Origin: a virus
Reading direction: 5' to 3' (one strand)
Virus record (IMG/VR): IMGVR_UViG_3300036791_001038
Coordinates: 1 to 64,000 of that record
Length of the DNA: 64,000 nt
This document shows, piece after piece, positions 55,134 through 64,000 of the stretch (the first letter of the stretch is position 1; every line of letters starts with the position of its first letter). The position numbers and the translations under genes are program-made. The notes under the pieces were generated by a model, which had not been told where the DNA came from, did not search any database, and saw only the letters and a program-made list of their open reading frames with translations.

Positions 55134-56329
55134 TGCCGTCGTCTTACGCCCGCGAGAGCTTCCTCAACAGGAGTCTGTCCGGCGTTATGAATGCCTCTCT
55201 CAATGGCATTCCCATGAGGCTGAATCCCCTCACCCTGGAGCTTGACTATGTGGTGAAGACCTCGGAGATCCCCACTCTTGGCGGCATGGTGGTGCAGATC
55301 TTCGGGGTGGAGATGAGTGATCTGGTCGTCACCGGCACTTTCGGAGTGGGCGGTTACGTCGAGCAACTAACGTTCCTGAACCGGATGCTGGCTCTGGCCG
55401 GGTACCAGGCCAACCAGAGCTTCTCCACCGCCGGGGGACCGGTACGTTTCGTCTATCCCAATCGCAACTTCGATTTCATGGTCTATCTCAAGGACTACAC
55501 CTCATCTGCCGGGATGGCCATCGACTACGAGAACACCAATATCGCCCCTGATTGGCAGCTAACGTTCTTCGTTGACGTTGATAATACCGGTGGGTCTTTG
55601 ACCAGAGTGGCAGCCGATGCTTACATCCAGCGTCTCTCCCATGGGTTGGGGTACGATAGCGTCAATAAGTACAACGGCAATCTCAGCGTTGCTGATGTCG
55701 AGAAGTTCCTGGCCGCCCAGGGCTACGCCAACAACCTCGGGGGGTATCTGCAAGCGGGCTTCGGCAATCCCGTCCAGGTCCCGCCCAGCACCACCTCCAG
55801 CGACGGGACCACCGCGCCCGGCACCCCGGCCACCGGAGGCACCGGCCAGGGTCAGTACTCGGGGGCCAAGTGGATGCCGGTGGTCAACCACGGTGGGGCC
55901 ATGTCCGCCCATGTCGGTCTGGTCCTGCACGTCTGCCAGGGCGACAACAGCCAGTACAACCACTTCAACACCCCCGGCGCGGGAGCGGTCTCGGCCCACT
56001 TCTGGGTGGCCAAGACCGGGGCTGTCGAGCAGTACGTGGACGGTGCCAACCAGGCCTGGCACGCCGTGGCCGCCAACGATTCCTACCTGGGGGTCGAGAC
56101 CGAGGGCATGAACACCGACCCCCTCACCAACGCCCAGGTCAAGGCGGTGGCCGGGATCTACCAGTGGGCCGTGACCTCCTATGGGATCCCCAAGCGGCTG
56201 TCGGCCAAGCCGGGTGACGGTGGGTTCGCCTGGCACGGTGAGGGAGGCTCCGACTGGGGCGGTCACATCTACTGCCCAGGGGACCTTCGCAAGGCCCAGA
56301 TGCCCGACATCTTGAAGCTGGTGAAGTGA
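55133..56329 (+). CDS. baseplate/tail protein with C-terminal amidase domain
   Basis: N-term duplicated in the next gene. C-term LVLH..SAHFWV.K.G.VEQYV..AWH..GVETEG..WH..CPG. Confidence 0.85.
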   Translation: MPSSYARESFLNRSLSGVMNASLNGIPMRLNPLTLELDYVVKTSEIPTLGGMVVQIFGVEMSDLVVTGTFGVGGYVEQLTFLNRMLALAGYQANQSFSTAGGPVRFVYPNRNFDFMVYLKDYTSSAGMAIDYENTNIAPDWQLTFFVDVDNTGGSLTRVAADAYIQRLSHGLGYDSVNKYNGNLSVADVEKFLAAQGYANNLGGYLQAGFGNPVQVPPSTTSSDGTTAPGTPATGGTGQGQYSGAKWMPVVNHGGAMSAHVGLVLHVCQGDNSQYNHFNTPGAGAVSAHFWVAKTGAVEQYVDGANQAWHAVAANDSYLGVETEGMNTDPLTNAQVKAVAGIYQWAVTSYGIPKRLSAKPGDGGFAWHGEGGSDWGGHIYCPGDLRKAQMPDILKLVK

Positions 56330-57552
56330 TGTCGTCCTACGCCCGTGAGAGCTTCCTGAACCGGTCCCTGTCGGGAGTGATGAACGCCTCCCTCAACGGG
56401 GTGCCCATGCGACTGAACCCGACCAGCGTGTCGCTCTCCTACACCGTCAAGACCTCGGAGATCCCCACCCTCGGGGGCATGGTGGTGCAGATCTTCGGGG
56501 TCGAGATGAGCGACCTGATGGTGACCGGGACCTTTGGCAAAGGCGGCTACATCGAGCAGCAGCAGTTCCTCAACCGCATGCTGGCCATCGCCAACATGCA
56601 AGCCGATCAGGGCCGGGCCGTCGCCTCTACCCCGTCCACCTCGTCTCATCCGGTGCGCTTTGTCTACCCCAATCGTGGCTTCGATTTCATGGTCTATCTC
56701 AAGGACTACACCTCAGCCGCGGGTATGGCCGTTGACTACGAGAACATCAACATCGCTCCCGACTGGCAACTCACCCTCTTTGTGGACTCCGATCTCACGG
56801 GTGGGGCGTTGACCAGGGTGGCTACCGACGCCTACATCCAACGCCTTTCCAACGGGCTGGGCTATGACGGCATGAACAAGTACAACGGCAACCTGCAGAC
56901 CTCCGACGTGGAGCAGTTCCTGGCCCAGCAGGGCTTCGCTGACAACCTGGGCGGCTATCTGAACTCTGCCTTCGGCGGAGCCCAGCAGCAGCCCGCACAG
57001 AGCAACACAGGGGGCTCTGGGACCCCTCCAGCGGGTGGTGGAGACCCGGCCAAGGCGGCCGATCCCAACATGACCATCCTGGGACCGAACACGGCCACGG
57101 CCAAGCAGATCCTGAACTTCTGGGGCAGCCGGGGTCAGCCGTCCAAGCTCAAGGACACCATCCAGAACGTGATCGGCTGGTACCTCTCCGAGGGCAAGGC
57201 CCAGAACGTGCGCGGCGACGTGGCCTTCGCCCAGGCCATCTGGGAGACCGGCTACTTCACCAACGACGACACCAGCCTCAACAACTACGCCGGGATCGGC
57301 CATCCGGTGAGCGCCCCCTCGGGCCTGGACTTCTCCAGTCCTCAGAACGGGGTGCGCGCCCAGATCCAGCTTCTCTACCGGGTGGTCCAGGGCAACTCCG
57401 CTCCGCTGGCCGAACCGGTGGTGGCTCCTACCTGGGGCGGCAAGAACGTCCCCACCTGGGCCGGGCTGGGTGGCAACTGGGCGGCCGACACCACCTACCC
57501 CAAGGACATCATGAGCGTCTACGGACAGATCCTGGCAGCGAGTACAACATGA
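56329..57552 (+). CDS. baseplate/tail protein with C-terminal glucosaminidase (GH73-like) domain
   Basis: AFAQAIWETG...NNYAGIG...F.SP..GVRAQ...WAAD..Y. Confidence 0.8.
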   Translation: MSSYARESFLNRSLSGVMNASLNGVPMRLNPTSVSLSYTVKTSEIPTLGGMVVQIFGVEMSDLMVTGTFGKGGYIEQQQFLNRMLAIANMQADQGRAVASTPSTSSHPVRFVYPNRGFDFMVYLKDYTSAAGMAVDYENINIAPDWQLTLFVDSDLTGGALTRVATDAYIQRLSNGLGYDGMNKYNGNLQTSDVEQFLAQQGFADNLGGYLNSAFGGAQQQPAQSNTGGSGTPPAGGGDPAKAADPNMTILGPNTATAKQILNFWGSRGQPSKLKDTIQNVIGWYLSEGKAQNVRGDVAFAQAIWETGYFTNDDTSLNNYAGIGHPVSAPSGLDFSSPQNGVRAQIQLLYRVVQGNSAPLAEPVVAPTWGGKNVPTWAGLGGNWAADTTYPKDIMSVYGQILAASTT

Positions 57553-57761
57553 CTGCCAGCGCCAGCAATGCCAGCAACTATTGGATCGCAGACACGCCCA
57601 TCTCCATGCCTGCTCCACCGACTACACAACGACCTGTCGTCCATGAGTTCAAGGACACTGGCTTCGGGCTTACCACTTATGGATTGACGGTGGTTATGAC
57701 CGAGGCTGACCGAGACGAGATGCTGTCGGGATTCCTGGGACCATCGGGGGGAGTGCCCTGA
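57549..57761 (+). CDS. small hypothetical protein
   Basis: Coupled to neighbours at both ends. Confidence 0.6.
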   Translation: MTASASNASNYWIADTPISMPAPPTTQRPVVHEFKDTGFGLTTYGLTVVMTEADRDEMLSGFLGPSGGVP

Positions 57762-58432
57762 TGGCGGGCGAGAACATGACCCTATCGTGGGGCTCTGGTA
57801 GCACGGCTACTTCTTACGCCGTCAAATGCAACCGAATCCTCTTCGGTCCCAACATCATCTCCACTCAGGACTCCGGCCAGGGAGGACCCCGCTACGGTGG
57901 CTTCGGGGCCAAGGCTATCTACGTGCGTCAGTACTTCATGAGTACGGTGGGCATCACCATTGTTCAGACCACCTGGGAAGATCGGGAGAGATTCGTCAAC
58001 TGGTGTATCAACTACGCCAAGTACATTTCTAGTGGAGCCAACTATCCTATGCGGATGAGAGGACCCAGGGGATTCGACTTCTATGGGTTTCTTACTGAGG
58101 GATTTGATCGTACTAATACTGTTCAAGATCTGGCCTATACCATGAATCTTACCTTCCGGGGATGTCAACCGACCATCAGAGGAGTCATAGGGTTCGCGGC
58201 GGGATCAATAGCCTCCAAGCCGAAGAGCATCGGAGGGGCCAACTCGCAGTTCTATCCCTTCGAGAGCCTGCAGGGAGGTCCGGCGGTGTCGATCGAGGCC
58301 AAGCTCTACGACAACATCACCGATGACTCCAAGGGCCTTCCCATCTCGTTGCCCACCGACGTGACCGGTGGTCCCCCTCCCTCCCCGGTCAGCACCTCGA
58401 TTCCTGGTCATCCTGGCAAGGGAGAGGCCTGA
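57761..58432 (+). CDS. baseplate-region protein
   Basis: TGATG coupling, position. Confidence 0.7.
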   Translation: MAGENMTLSWGSGSTATSYAVKCNRILFGPNIISTQDSGQGGPRYGGFGAKAIYVRQYFMSTVGITIVQTTWEDRERFVNWCINYAKYISSGANYPMRMRGPRGFDFYGFLTEGFDRTNTVQDLAYTMNLTFRGCQPTIRGVIGFAAGSIASKPKSIGGANSQFYPFESLQGGPAVSIEAKLYDNITDDSKGLPISLPTDVTGGPPPSPVSTSIPGHPGKGEA

Positions 58433-60852
58433 TGGGGGTCTTCGCCTACTCACCCAGCATCAGATGTGAGATCGCCACGGCCTCGGGCACTGTCGATGTC
58501 TCCGAGGACATCACCCAGGGCACGGTGCAGCTTCGCGAGAACGGCCTGCACACCATGAGCCTGGGCCTGCTCAACAAGCGGCGCAAGTACGACCGGGCCT
58601 TCTCCCCCAACGACCGCTTCGTGATCTACATGAAGCGGGTGCGCGAGATGCTGGTCATGACCGGCTACCTCAACGTGGTGCCCTTCGTGACGGCCTGGCA
58701 GCGGACCATCATCATCACCGGGTCCTGCGCCAACAAGCGGCTCCTGTACCACTACTGGGATCCCGGCACCATCGCGGCCATGGACCTCTTGATGCACAAC
58801 GGAGCCATGGGGGATCCCGCCAACGGAGCCGATGGTGGCATCTCTCAAAAGATGGAGGCAATCCTCACCCAGGTGTGTGGACTGAAGAACTCCGAGATCC
58901 ACATCGGGCAGATACCACCAGCTTGGATGAACAAGATCGCCGCCTTGTACAACGCCGTCGAAGGCCAGTTCGGCAGCTATTACGACGCTCTGGGCGGCAA
59001 TAACACTCAGGGATCCACCACTGCCGCCAATGGTGTCACCACCAACTCCACCAATCCCATCAAGACCTTAGGGAAAGCCCGGAACGACGTGCCCAAGGGG
59101 GTCGAGCTTCCTACCACCCTGGGTCCGGTGACCAGCGCGGCTCCATTGACCACCGGCATCCAGCCCGAGAAGGGCCACTTTTGGATCGCCATGCAGTGGG
59201 GCTTCCGGTTGCCCCCGGACGGCACCAAGAACACCCCCGGCATCGACAAGGTCAAGGTCACGGCCTGGCTGGCCAAGCGCAAGATGATCGTGGCCAACCC
59301 CAACTCCAACGCCGCCGCCATCGTCTACACCGTGGGCTGGGGACCCAAGCAGGTCAGCAAGCCCCCTCAGCCCTTGGTGTGCATGGACTCGTACCTGATG
59401 TCGTCACTGGGGCTCACTGAGGGCGACTACGTCTCGATCGCCTGGGTCGATCCCGCCCAGGAGGCGGCCCAGAAGTTCGGGATGATCTCCGGCACGGCGG
59501 CCACTACCGGAGCCGGATCGGCAACCGGTGGCGACAATGCTTACACCGGGTCGAGTACGGGACAGATCGCAGTCGTTTCCGTAGCCGGTCTCAACGCCGC
59601 TAACTACGCCACTGGCCTTTGCAATCACACGCCTCCCATCCCTTATGTCAGTGGTGGTGTCGGTCCTAACGGCTATGACTGCTCCGGTTTGACCTCACAA
59701 GCGTGGCTACATGGTGGAAAGATCGAGATCCCTCGTACCTCTGAACAACAATACACCGCTCTGCATGTCCCCAATATGACGGTGGCTCAGCTTGAGCCCG
59801 GTGATCTGATCTTTTACGAGATGCGCTCGGATGGTCCCGGTCATGTCACCATGTGGGTCGGTAACAATCAGATGGCCGAGGCTCCCCAGACCGGCCAAAA
59901 CCTCCATATCACCGATTATCGCACCGACTCAGTAGGGTTTGGACGGCCCTCGGATGCGGCGGCCAAGGCTGGTACTACCACGGTTCCTGTCGGTAGCACG
60001 GCGGCCGGAGCCACCGGGGGCACTGGCACTGCAGCCACGCAGCAGCTAATCACCGAGTGGGATTGGTTCGGTCAAGGCTATGATCCGCTCTCCGGGATAT
60101 TGGCCGGGGTACGCTCTCTGATGAACGACTCTCCCATCCTGCCTTTCATCGACATGATGGCCAAGGCCTCGATGCGATCCTGGTGCGCGGCTCCCAACGG
60201 TGATTTCATCAGTTGGTTCCCGGACTATTTCGGGGTGTATCAGACGGCCGGGATCATGGATGTCACCAATGTTGAGCTACAGGACTTCACCATCGTTTGG
60301 TCCGACGAGAGCTTGTTCACCCACCAGTTCACGGCCGGAACCTACGCCCCCAGCGTCTTCGGCTCTGCTCCGGGTGGCCCGATAGCTATCGGCAACATGG
60401 TCCAGACCATGGGCATAGCCACCGTGCAGACGCCGGATGTCCTCAAGGCCCTCCTCAATCTGAGCGAGGCCGATCTGGCCCCCAATGGATCCGGCTCGGT
60501 ACTGATCAAGCAGATCCTGGACCGCTTTGGGGTACGACCCAACTTCACCCCCATGCAGACCATCGTCGGCCACCTGGCTGAGTTCTGGTATGCCCTCTAC
60601 CTATTTCAGTTGAACTGGGCCAGCCAGTTCAACACGGTCATCCCCATCACCTTCATGCCTGAGCTTTACCCCGGCATGCTGTTGCGCCTCAAGCAGTTCG
60701 GCTTCCAGTGCTACGTCACCGGGGTGACCCACTCCTTCAACCTAACCCAGGGCGGTGGGTTCAAGACCGATGTCAACGTGATCGCCCCGTCCGCCACCGA
60801 CAACTCCGGGCTCTACGGAATGGCCAAGGGAGGGTTGACCGCACTCGTATGA
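58432..60852 (+). CDS. baseplate hub protein with NlpC/P60 peptidase domain
   Basis: PYVSGG.GP.GYDCSGL...IPRTS..QY...PGDLIFY...GHV; C-term FMPELYPGM..YV..V.HSF. Confidence 0.85.
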   Translation: MGVFAYSPSIRCEIATASGTVDVSEDITQGTVQLRENGLHTMSLGLLNKRRKYDRAFSPNDRFVIYMKRVREMLVMTGYLNVVPFVTAWQRTIIITGSCANKRLLYHYWDPGTIAAMDLLMHNGAMGDPANGADGGISQKMEAILTQVCGLKNSEIHIGQIPPAWMNKIAALYNAVEGQFGSYYDALGGNNTQGSTTAANGVTTNSTNPIKTLGKARNDVPKGVELPTTLGPVTSAAPLTTGIQPEKGHFWIAMQWGFRLPPDGTKNTPGIDKVKVTAWLAKRKMIVANPNSNAAAIVYTVGWGPKQVSKPPQPLVCMDSYLMSSLGLTEGDYVSIAWVDPAQEAAQKFGMISGTAATTGAGSATGGDNAYTGSSTGQIAVVSVAGLNAANYATGLCNHTPPIPYVSGGVGPNGYDCSGLTSQAWLHGGKIEIPRTSEQQYTALHVPNMTVAQLEPGDLIFYEMRSDGPGHVTMWVGNNQMAEAPQTGQNLHITDYRTDSVGFGRPSDAAAKAGTTTVPVGSTAAGATGGTGTAATQQLITEWDWFGQGYDPLSGILAGVRSLMNDSPILPFIDMMAKASMRSWCAAPNGDFISWFPDYFGVYQTAGIMDVTNVELQDFTIVWSDESLFTHQFTAGTYAPSVFGSAPGGPIAIGNMVQTMGIATVQTPDVLKALLNLSEADLAPNGSGSVLIKQILDRFGVRPNFTPMQTIVGHLAEFWYALYLFQLNWASQFNTVIPITFMPELYPGMLLRLKQFGFQCYVTGVTHSFNLTQGGGFKTDVNVIAPSATDNSGLYGMAKGGLTALV

Positions 60853-61685
60853 CCTCTCCCCACTCCCGTAACCCTCAGGCCGTCGCTGTGGCCAACAGCG
60901 CCGCCCAGATCACCCGCTACTCGGTGGTCGTCACCGCCATCGATCATTCCAGGGTCGGTCAGAACCAGACCGATCCCATGGGCATCGCCACCACCATCGA
61001 CAGCTTCGGCAAGTACCGCCAGATCGGCGTGTCCACCATGGTGGGCTCGGGGGCCTACCCGCAGGTGGGCGAGCAATGGATCGTGGACCAGTCCCTGGGG
61101 GCCTGGACCTTTCTGTCGCGCCAGAACCCGGTGTTGCCGGTCCTCCTGATGGGTCCGACCATCGTGCTACCCCGCAGCCCTTCGACCCCGGCTACTCCGC
61201 CCGACGGCGGCATCCTCTACGTGGAACACGGGGATCTCTACTTCCTCGATCCCAACGGGGTCCCGAACCCTCTGACCTCCCCACCACCGAACTTCGAGTT
61301 CACGGTGCCGGGGCCGATCACTCTGGCCGCGTCGGCGGCCTGGGTGCCCTTGCCTGCGCCGGGGCTCACCGGCTCGTTCACTCTCAATCATAACTGGCTG
61401 TGTCAGATTTGTGTCTCGGCCTACATCGACACCGTTGTCAACAACAATCAGATCAACCTGGACTTCCAGATATCGGGAGCCAACAGCATCGCACCAGGGT
61501 CACCTCCACAGAATGTGTTGCGCGTCGGTGGTAAGAGCGAGACGGCTACGACTGCTTCTCTGACCACTTTCTATTCGTTTCTAAAGGGAACTTCGACTAT
61601 TACCGCCTATTACACGGCCCAGGCCGCCGGTGGTTTGGCCAGTTATTACACGATTGATGTGGTCGGTGTCGGGTTGCTGCGTTGA
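60849..61685 (+). CDS. baseplate spike-like protein
   Basis: OB-like P.VGE.W.V motif, located between hub and wedge. Confidence 0.55.
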   Translation: MTSPHSRNPQAVAVANSAAQITRYSVVVTAIDHSRVGQNQTDPMGIATTIDSFGKYRQIGVSTMVGSGAYPQVGEQWIVDQSLGAWTFLSRQNPVLPVLLMGPTIVLPRSPSTPATPPDGGILYVEHGDLYFLDPNGVPNPLTSPPPNFEFTVPGPITLAASAAWVPLPAPGLTGSFTLNHNWLCQICVSAYIDTVVNNNQINLDFQISGANSIAPGSPPQNVLRVGGKSETATTASLTTFYSFLKGTSTITAYYTAQAAGGLASYYTIDVVGVGLLR

Positions 61686-61697
61686 GAAAGGGATGGG

Positions 61698-62129
61698 ATG
61701 TTCACCTTACAGGTTCAAAACGGTGATCTGCAGATCGGTGCGAATGGGTTTGCTTCGCTCAATGGTCCCTCGAAGGTCTACCAGGACTTGTCCCTGGCTA
61801 CCCTGGAGCCCTACGGATGTGATCGATTCCATCCGAGATGGGGCTCATTGCTGGGCAACTATATCGGTGACGCCATCACCTTGGTCGATGAGAACCTGAT
61901 CATGGCCGAAGTGGCCCGACTGGTGAACAACTACATGATGGTGCAGCAGGACAACATCTCCACCGAGGTATCCAGGGGCCTGCAAAGCCAGTACGCCAGC
62001 AATGAGGTGGTGGGCTCCATCGAAGCCATCAATGTGACCCAGCAGGCGGACAGGCTGATGGTCTCGGTGCAGATCCTGACGGTGTCAGGACAGCAGGTGA
62101 CCCTCCAGAACGAAGTGAGCCAAACCTGA
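61698..62129 (+). CDS. baseplate wedge protein (gp25/W-like)
   Basis: NGDL...QDL...LEP.G...FHP.WGS.L...IG. Confidence 0.8.
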   Translation: MFTLQVQNGDLQIGANGFASLNGPSKVYQDLSLATLEPYGCDRFHPRWGSLLGNYIGDAITLVDENLIMAEVARLVNNYMMVQQDNISTEVSRGLQSQYASNEVVGSIEAINVTQQADRLMVSVQILTVSGQQVTLQNEVSQT

Positions 62130-62581
62130 TGCCCCTTAACACCCTTGTGTTCGTCAACGGAGTGCGCCGCCCGGAATACCGCGCCTGGCAGAGCATGAAG
62201 TATCGATGCTTGGATCCGAACGCTCGTCAGTTCCGTAACTACGGAGCTAGAGGTATCCAAATCTGTGATCAGTGGATGGTCTTCGCCAACTTCTTTGCTG
62301 ACATGGGTGAACGTCCTGGGCCAGCGTACAGCATCGACCGGTTCCCTGATCTCCATGGGGACTATGAGCCCGGTAACTGTCGATGGGCCACAATCATCGA
62401 GCAAAACAGGAACAAACGTACCAACGTTATCCTGACTTTGCATGGTGAATCGCATCCCATGTCTGAATGGGCGGAGATCACTGGAATCCATGTGGATACC
62501 ATCAGGAGAAGAATCGTAGTTTACGATTGGTCTGAAGAGGAAGCTCTGACCATTCCTGCTCGACTCGGACAGAGGAGGTAG
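62129..62581 (+). CDS. HNH-like endonuclease (free-standing)
   Basis: W.SMK.RC...YGARGI.IC..W..F..F..DMG.RP...SIDR....YEPGNCRWAT..EQ..N, lower GC. Confidence 0.85.
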   Translation: MPLNTLVFVNGVRRPEYRAWQSMKYRCLDPNARQFRNYGARGIQICDQWMVFANFFADMGERPGPAYSIDRFPDLHGDYEPGNCRWATIIEQNRNKRTNVILTLHGESHPMSEWAEITGIHVDTIRRRIVVYDWSEEEALTIPARLGQRR

Positions 62582-62585
62582 GGCC

Positions 62586-64000
62586 ATTCCTACGCAGACC
62601 GATGTCGCCAGCCAGATCGTATCCGCCCTGGGGGTGACCATCCCCGACCTCGACACCTCGATCGGCACCCCCACCCGCAAGATCATCGACGCCGTGTCCG
62701 AGGTGATCGCAGAGGCGTATGTCGATCAGTTCTTCCTGGGCTACAACTACGACATCGCCAGCCTGACCGGGGCTTCGCTGGACGACTTCGTGAACCTGTT
62801 CGGCATGACCCGTTTCGCGGCCCGGCGCGCCACCGGAGTGGCCACCTTCGCCGTTCCCCAGGCCGCCGTGCAATCCACCTCGGTGCCCTCGGGGACGGCC
62901 ATCGCCACCAACGACAGTCCGGCCGTCATCTTCACCACCCTCATCACCGCGGTGCTACCCATCGGCGCAGTCTCCATCGACGTGCCCATCATCGCCCAGG
63001 TAGGGGGATCGGCGGGCAACGTGCCCCCCAATGCCATCGTCAACTTCGGCACGCCCCTGAGTGGCTTCTCCAACGTGGCCAACACCAACGCCACCTTCGG
63101 GGGATCCGACGCCGAATCCGACGACGCCCTGCGGAACCGCTTCGAGAACACCGTCTTCCGCAACATGGCCGGGACCGAGCAGATGTTCCTGGGGGTGGCC
63201 CAGGAGAACCCCGCCACCGTCCGGGCCAACGTCATCGGGGCGGCCAAGACCCATCTGGAGCAGGTCCAGATCGTCAACACCAAGGGCCAATCCACCATCC
63301 AGGCGGCCCAGTACGTCTACCCCATCAACTACGTCTTCGGGCCGGACATCGACAACCAGAACATCCTGAACCCCGGCATCAACTACACCTTCGACCCCAC
63401 CACCTTCGCCATGACGGCCCCAACCTTCGCGGTCGCCAACCTGGCCCTGGTGGCCTCGGGTGGCACCTTCGCCAGCGGGGTGGCCCGGTTCTACCGCATC
63501 GCCTGGGGCAACGACTGGGGCACCACTCCGGCTTCGGCTGAGGCCACCATCACCACCAACGCCGTCAACCAGGGCATCCGGCTGACCATCCCGACCCCAC
63601 CATTGATCGCGGAATGGGTCTACATCTACGGCTCTTCCACCACCAATACCGAGGTCCTGCTGGCCATCATCCCGGTCAGTCAGACCACCTGGACCGACAA
63701 TGCCTCCTACACCGGCACCCAGGCTTATCCCACCGTGAACACGGCCGGATACTCACCTACCATCACGTCCATCGATCCGGTCAACTGCCCGGATGGCATC
63801 TACGATTTTCAGTTCTCATACGTGCCGCAGGCGTCGCGCAACAACCCCGCCAATGGCATCACCAACAAGATCGACATCTATGTCCAGGGCGACGACGAGC
63901 AGCAGGCCAATGACACCGTCATCTGGTCCGGGGCCGTCACCTTCAACTCGGTGGCCAACGACCCCATGAACTTCACCAAGTACATTCACCCTGATCTCAC
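62586..64000 (+). CDS. baseplate J-like protein (probable ATT start; truncated by window)
   Basis: LDDF..LFG.TR..ARRATG..TF and GGSDAESDDALRNR. GGAGG lies 7 nt before ATT. Confidence 0.85.
   Translation, partial: MPTQTDVASQIVSALGVTIPDLDTSIGTPTRKIIDAVSEVIAEAYVDQFFLGYNYDIASLTGASLDDFVNLFGMTRFAARRATGVATFAVPQAAVQSTSVPSGTAIATNDSPAVIFTTLITAVLPIGAVSIDVPIIAQVGGSAGNVPPNAIVNFGTPLSGFSNVANTNATFGGSDAESDDALRNRFENTVFRNMAGTEQMFLGVAQENPATVRANVIGAAKTHLEQVQIVNTKGQSTIQAAQYVYPINYVFGPDIDNQNILNPGINYTFDPTTFAMTAPTFAVANLALVASGGTFASGVARFYRIAWGNDWGTTPASAEATITTNAVNQGIRLTIPTPPLIAEWVYIYGSSTTNTEVLLAIIPVSQTTWTDNASYTGTQAYPTVNTAGYSPTITSIDPVNCPDGIYDFQFSYVPQASRNNPANGITNKIDIYVQGDDEQQANDTVIWSGAVTFNSVANDPMNFTKYIHPDL

Noticed and set aside
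509-63913. Many long alternative-frame and antisense ORFs in the track (e.g. 509-1162, 24474-25343, 33641-34783, 41479-42819, 46568-48211, 61931-62686)
   Set aside because: They are shadow frames of high-GC3 genes, with R/G/P- or V/D/L-biased translations, no RBS and no motifs. Only 11977-12420 and 23450-23635 have independent support.
1-64000. Terminase, portal, integrase, replication genes
   Set aside because: No matching motifs were recognised. They presumably lie outside the window, so lifestyle and packaging mode cannot be called.

Overview
This window is a 64 kb segment of a high-GC tailed phage, most likely infecting an actinobacterium. It has a contractile tail (sheath, tube, gp25-like wedge, baseplate J), and the head and tail gene layout recalls Bxz1/cluster-C-like actinophages. 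Layout: 1-9.8 kb holds small early/accessory genes with SigA-like promoters and a candidate structured ncRNA; 9.9-11.1 kb is a reverse-strand amidase endolysin unit; 11.3-25.4 kb is the head module; 25.4-64 kb covers membrane proteins, fibres, neck, tail and baseplate. The standout is a 3240-aa ORF (11323-21045). It begins with a prohead-protease-like domain, followed by about 18 cargo domains: about 8 ADP-ribosyltransferase-like, 3 GNAT-like, 1 NUDIX, 1 ParB-like, and several Zn-binding or unknown modules. These are separated by a recurring G-L-R-A-F-V-A linker and (K/R/H)-x-A motifs, which suggests a self-processing, virion-packaged effector polyprotein. An HNH gene sits antisense and in codon register inside it without breaking the frame. 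Other signals: a precisely spaced CCTGTC-N20-GAAGnGGTGA motif ahead of late genes, three probable non-canonical start codons, duplicated baseplate proteins carrying different cell-wall hydrolases, and an array of four C1q-like receptor-binding paralogs. No terminase, portal, tRNA, integrase or CRISPR array was recognised. All domain calls are by-eye motif recognition, not database searches.
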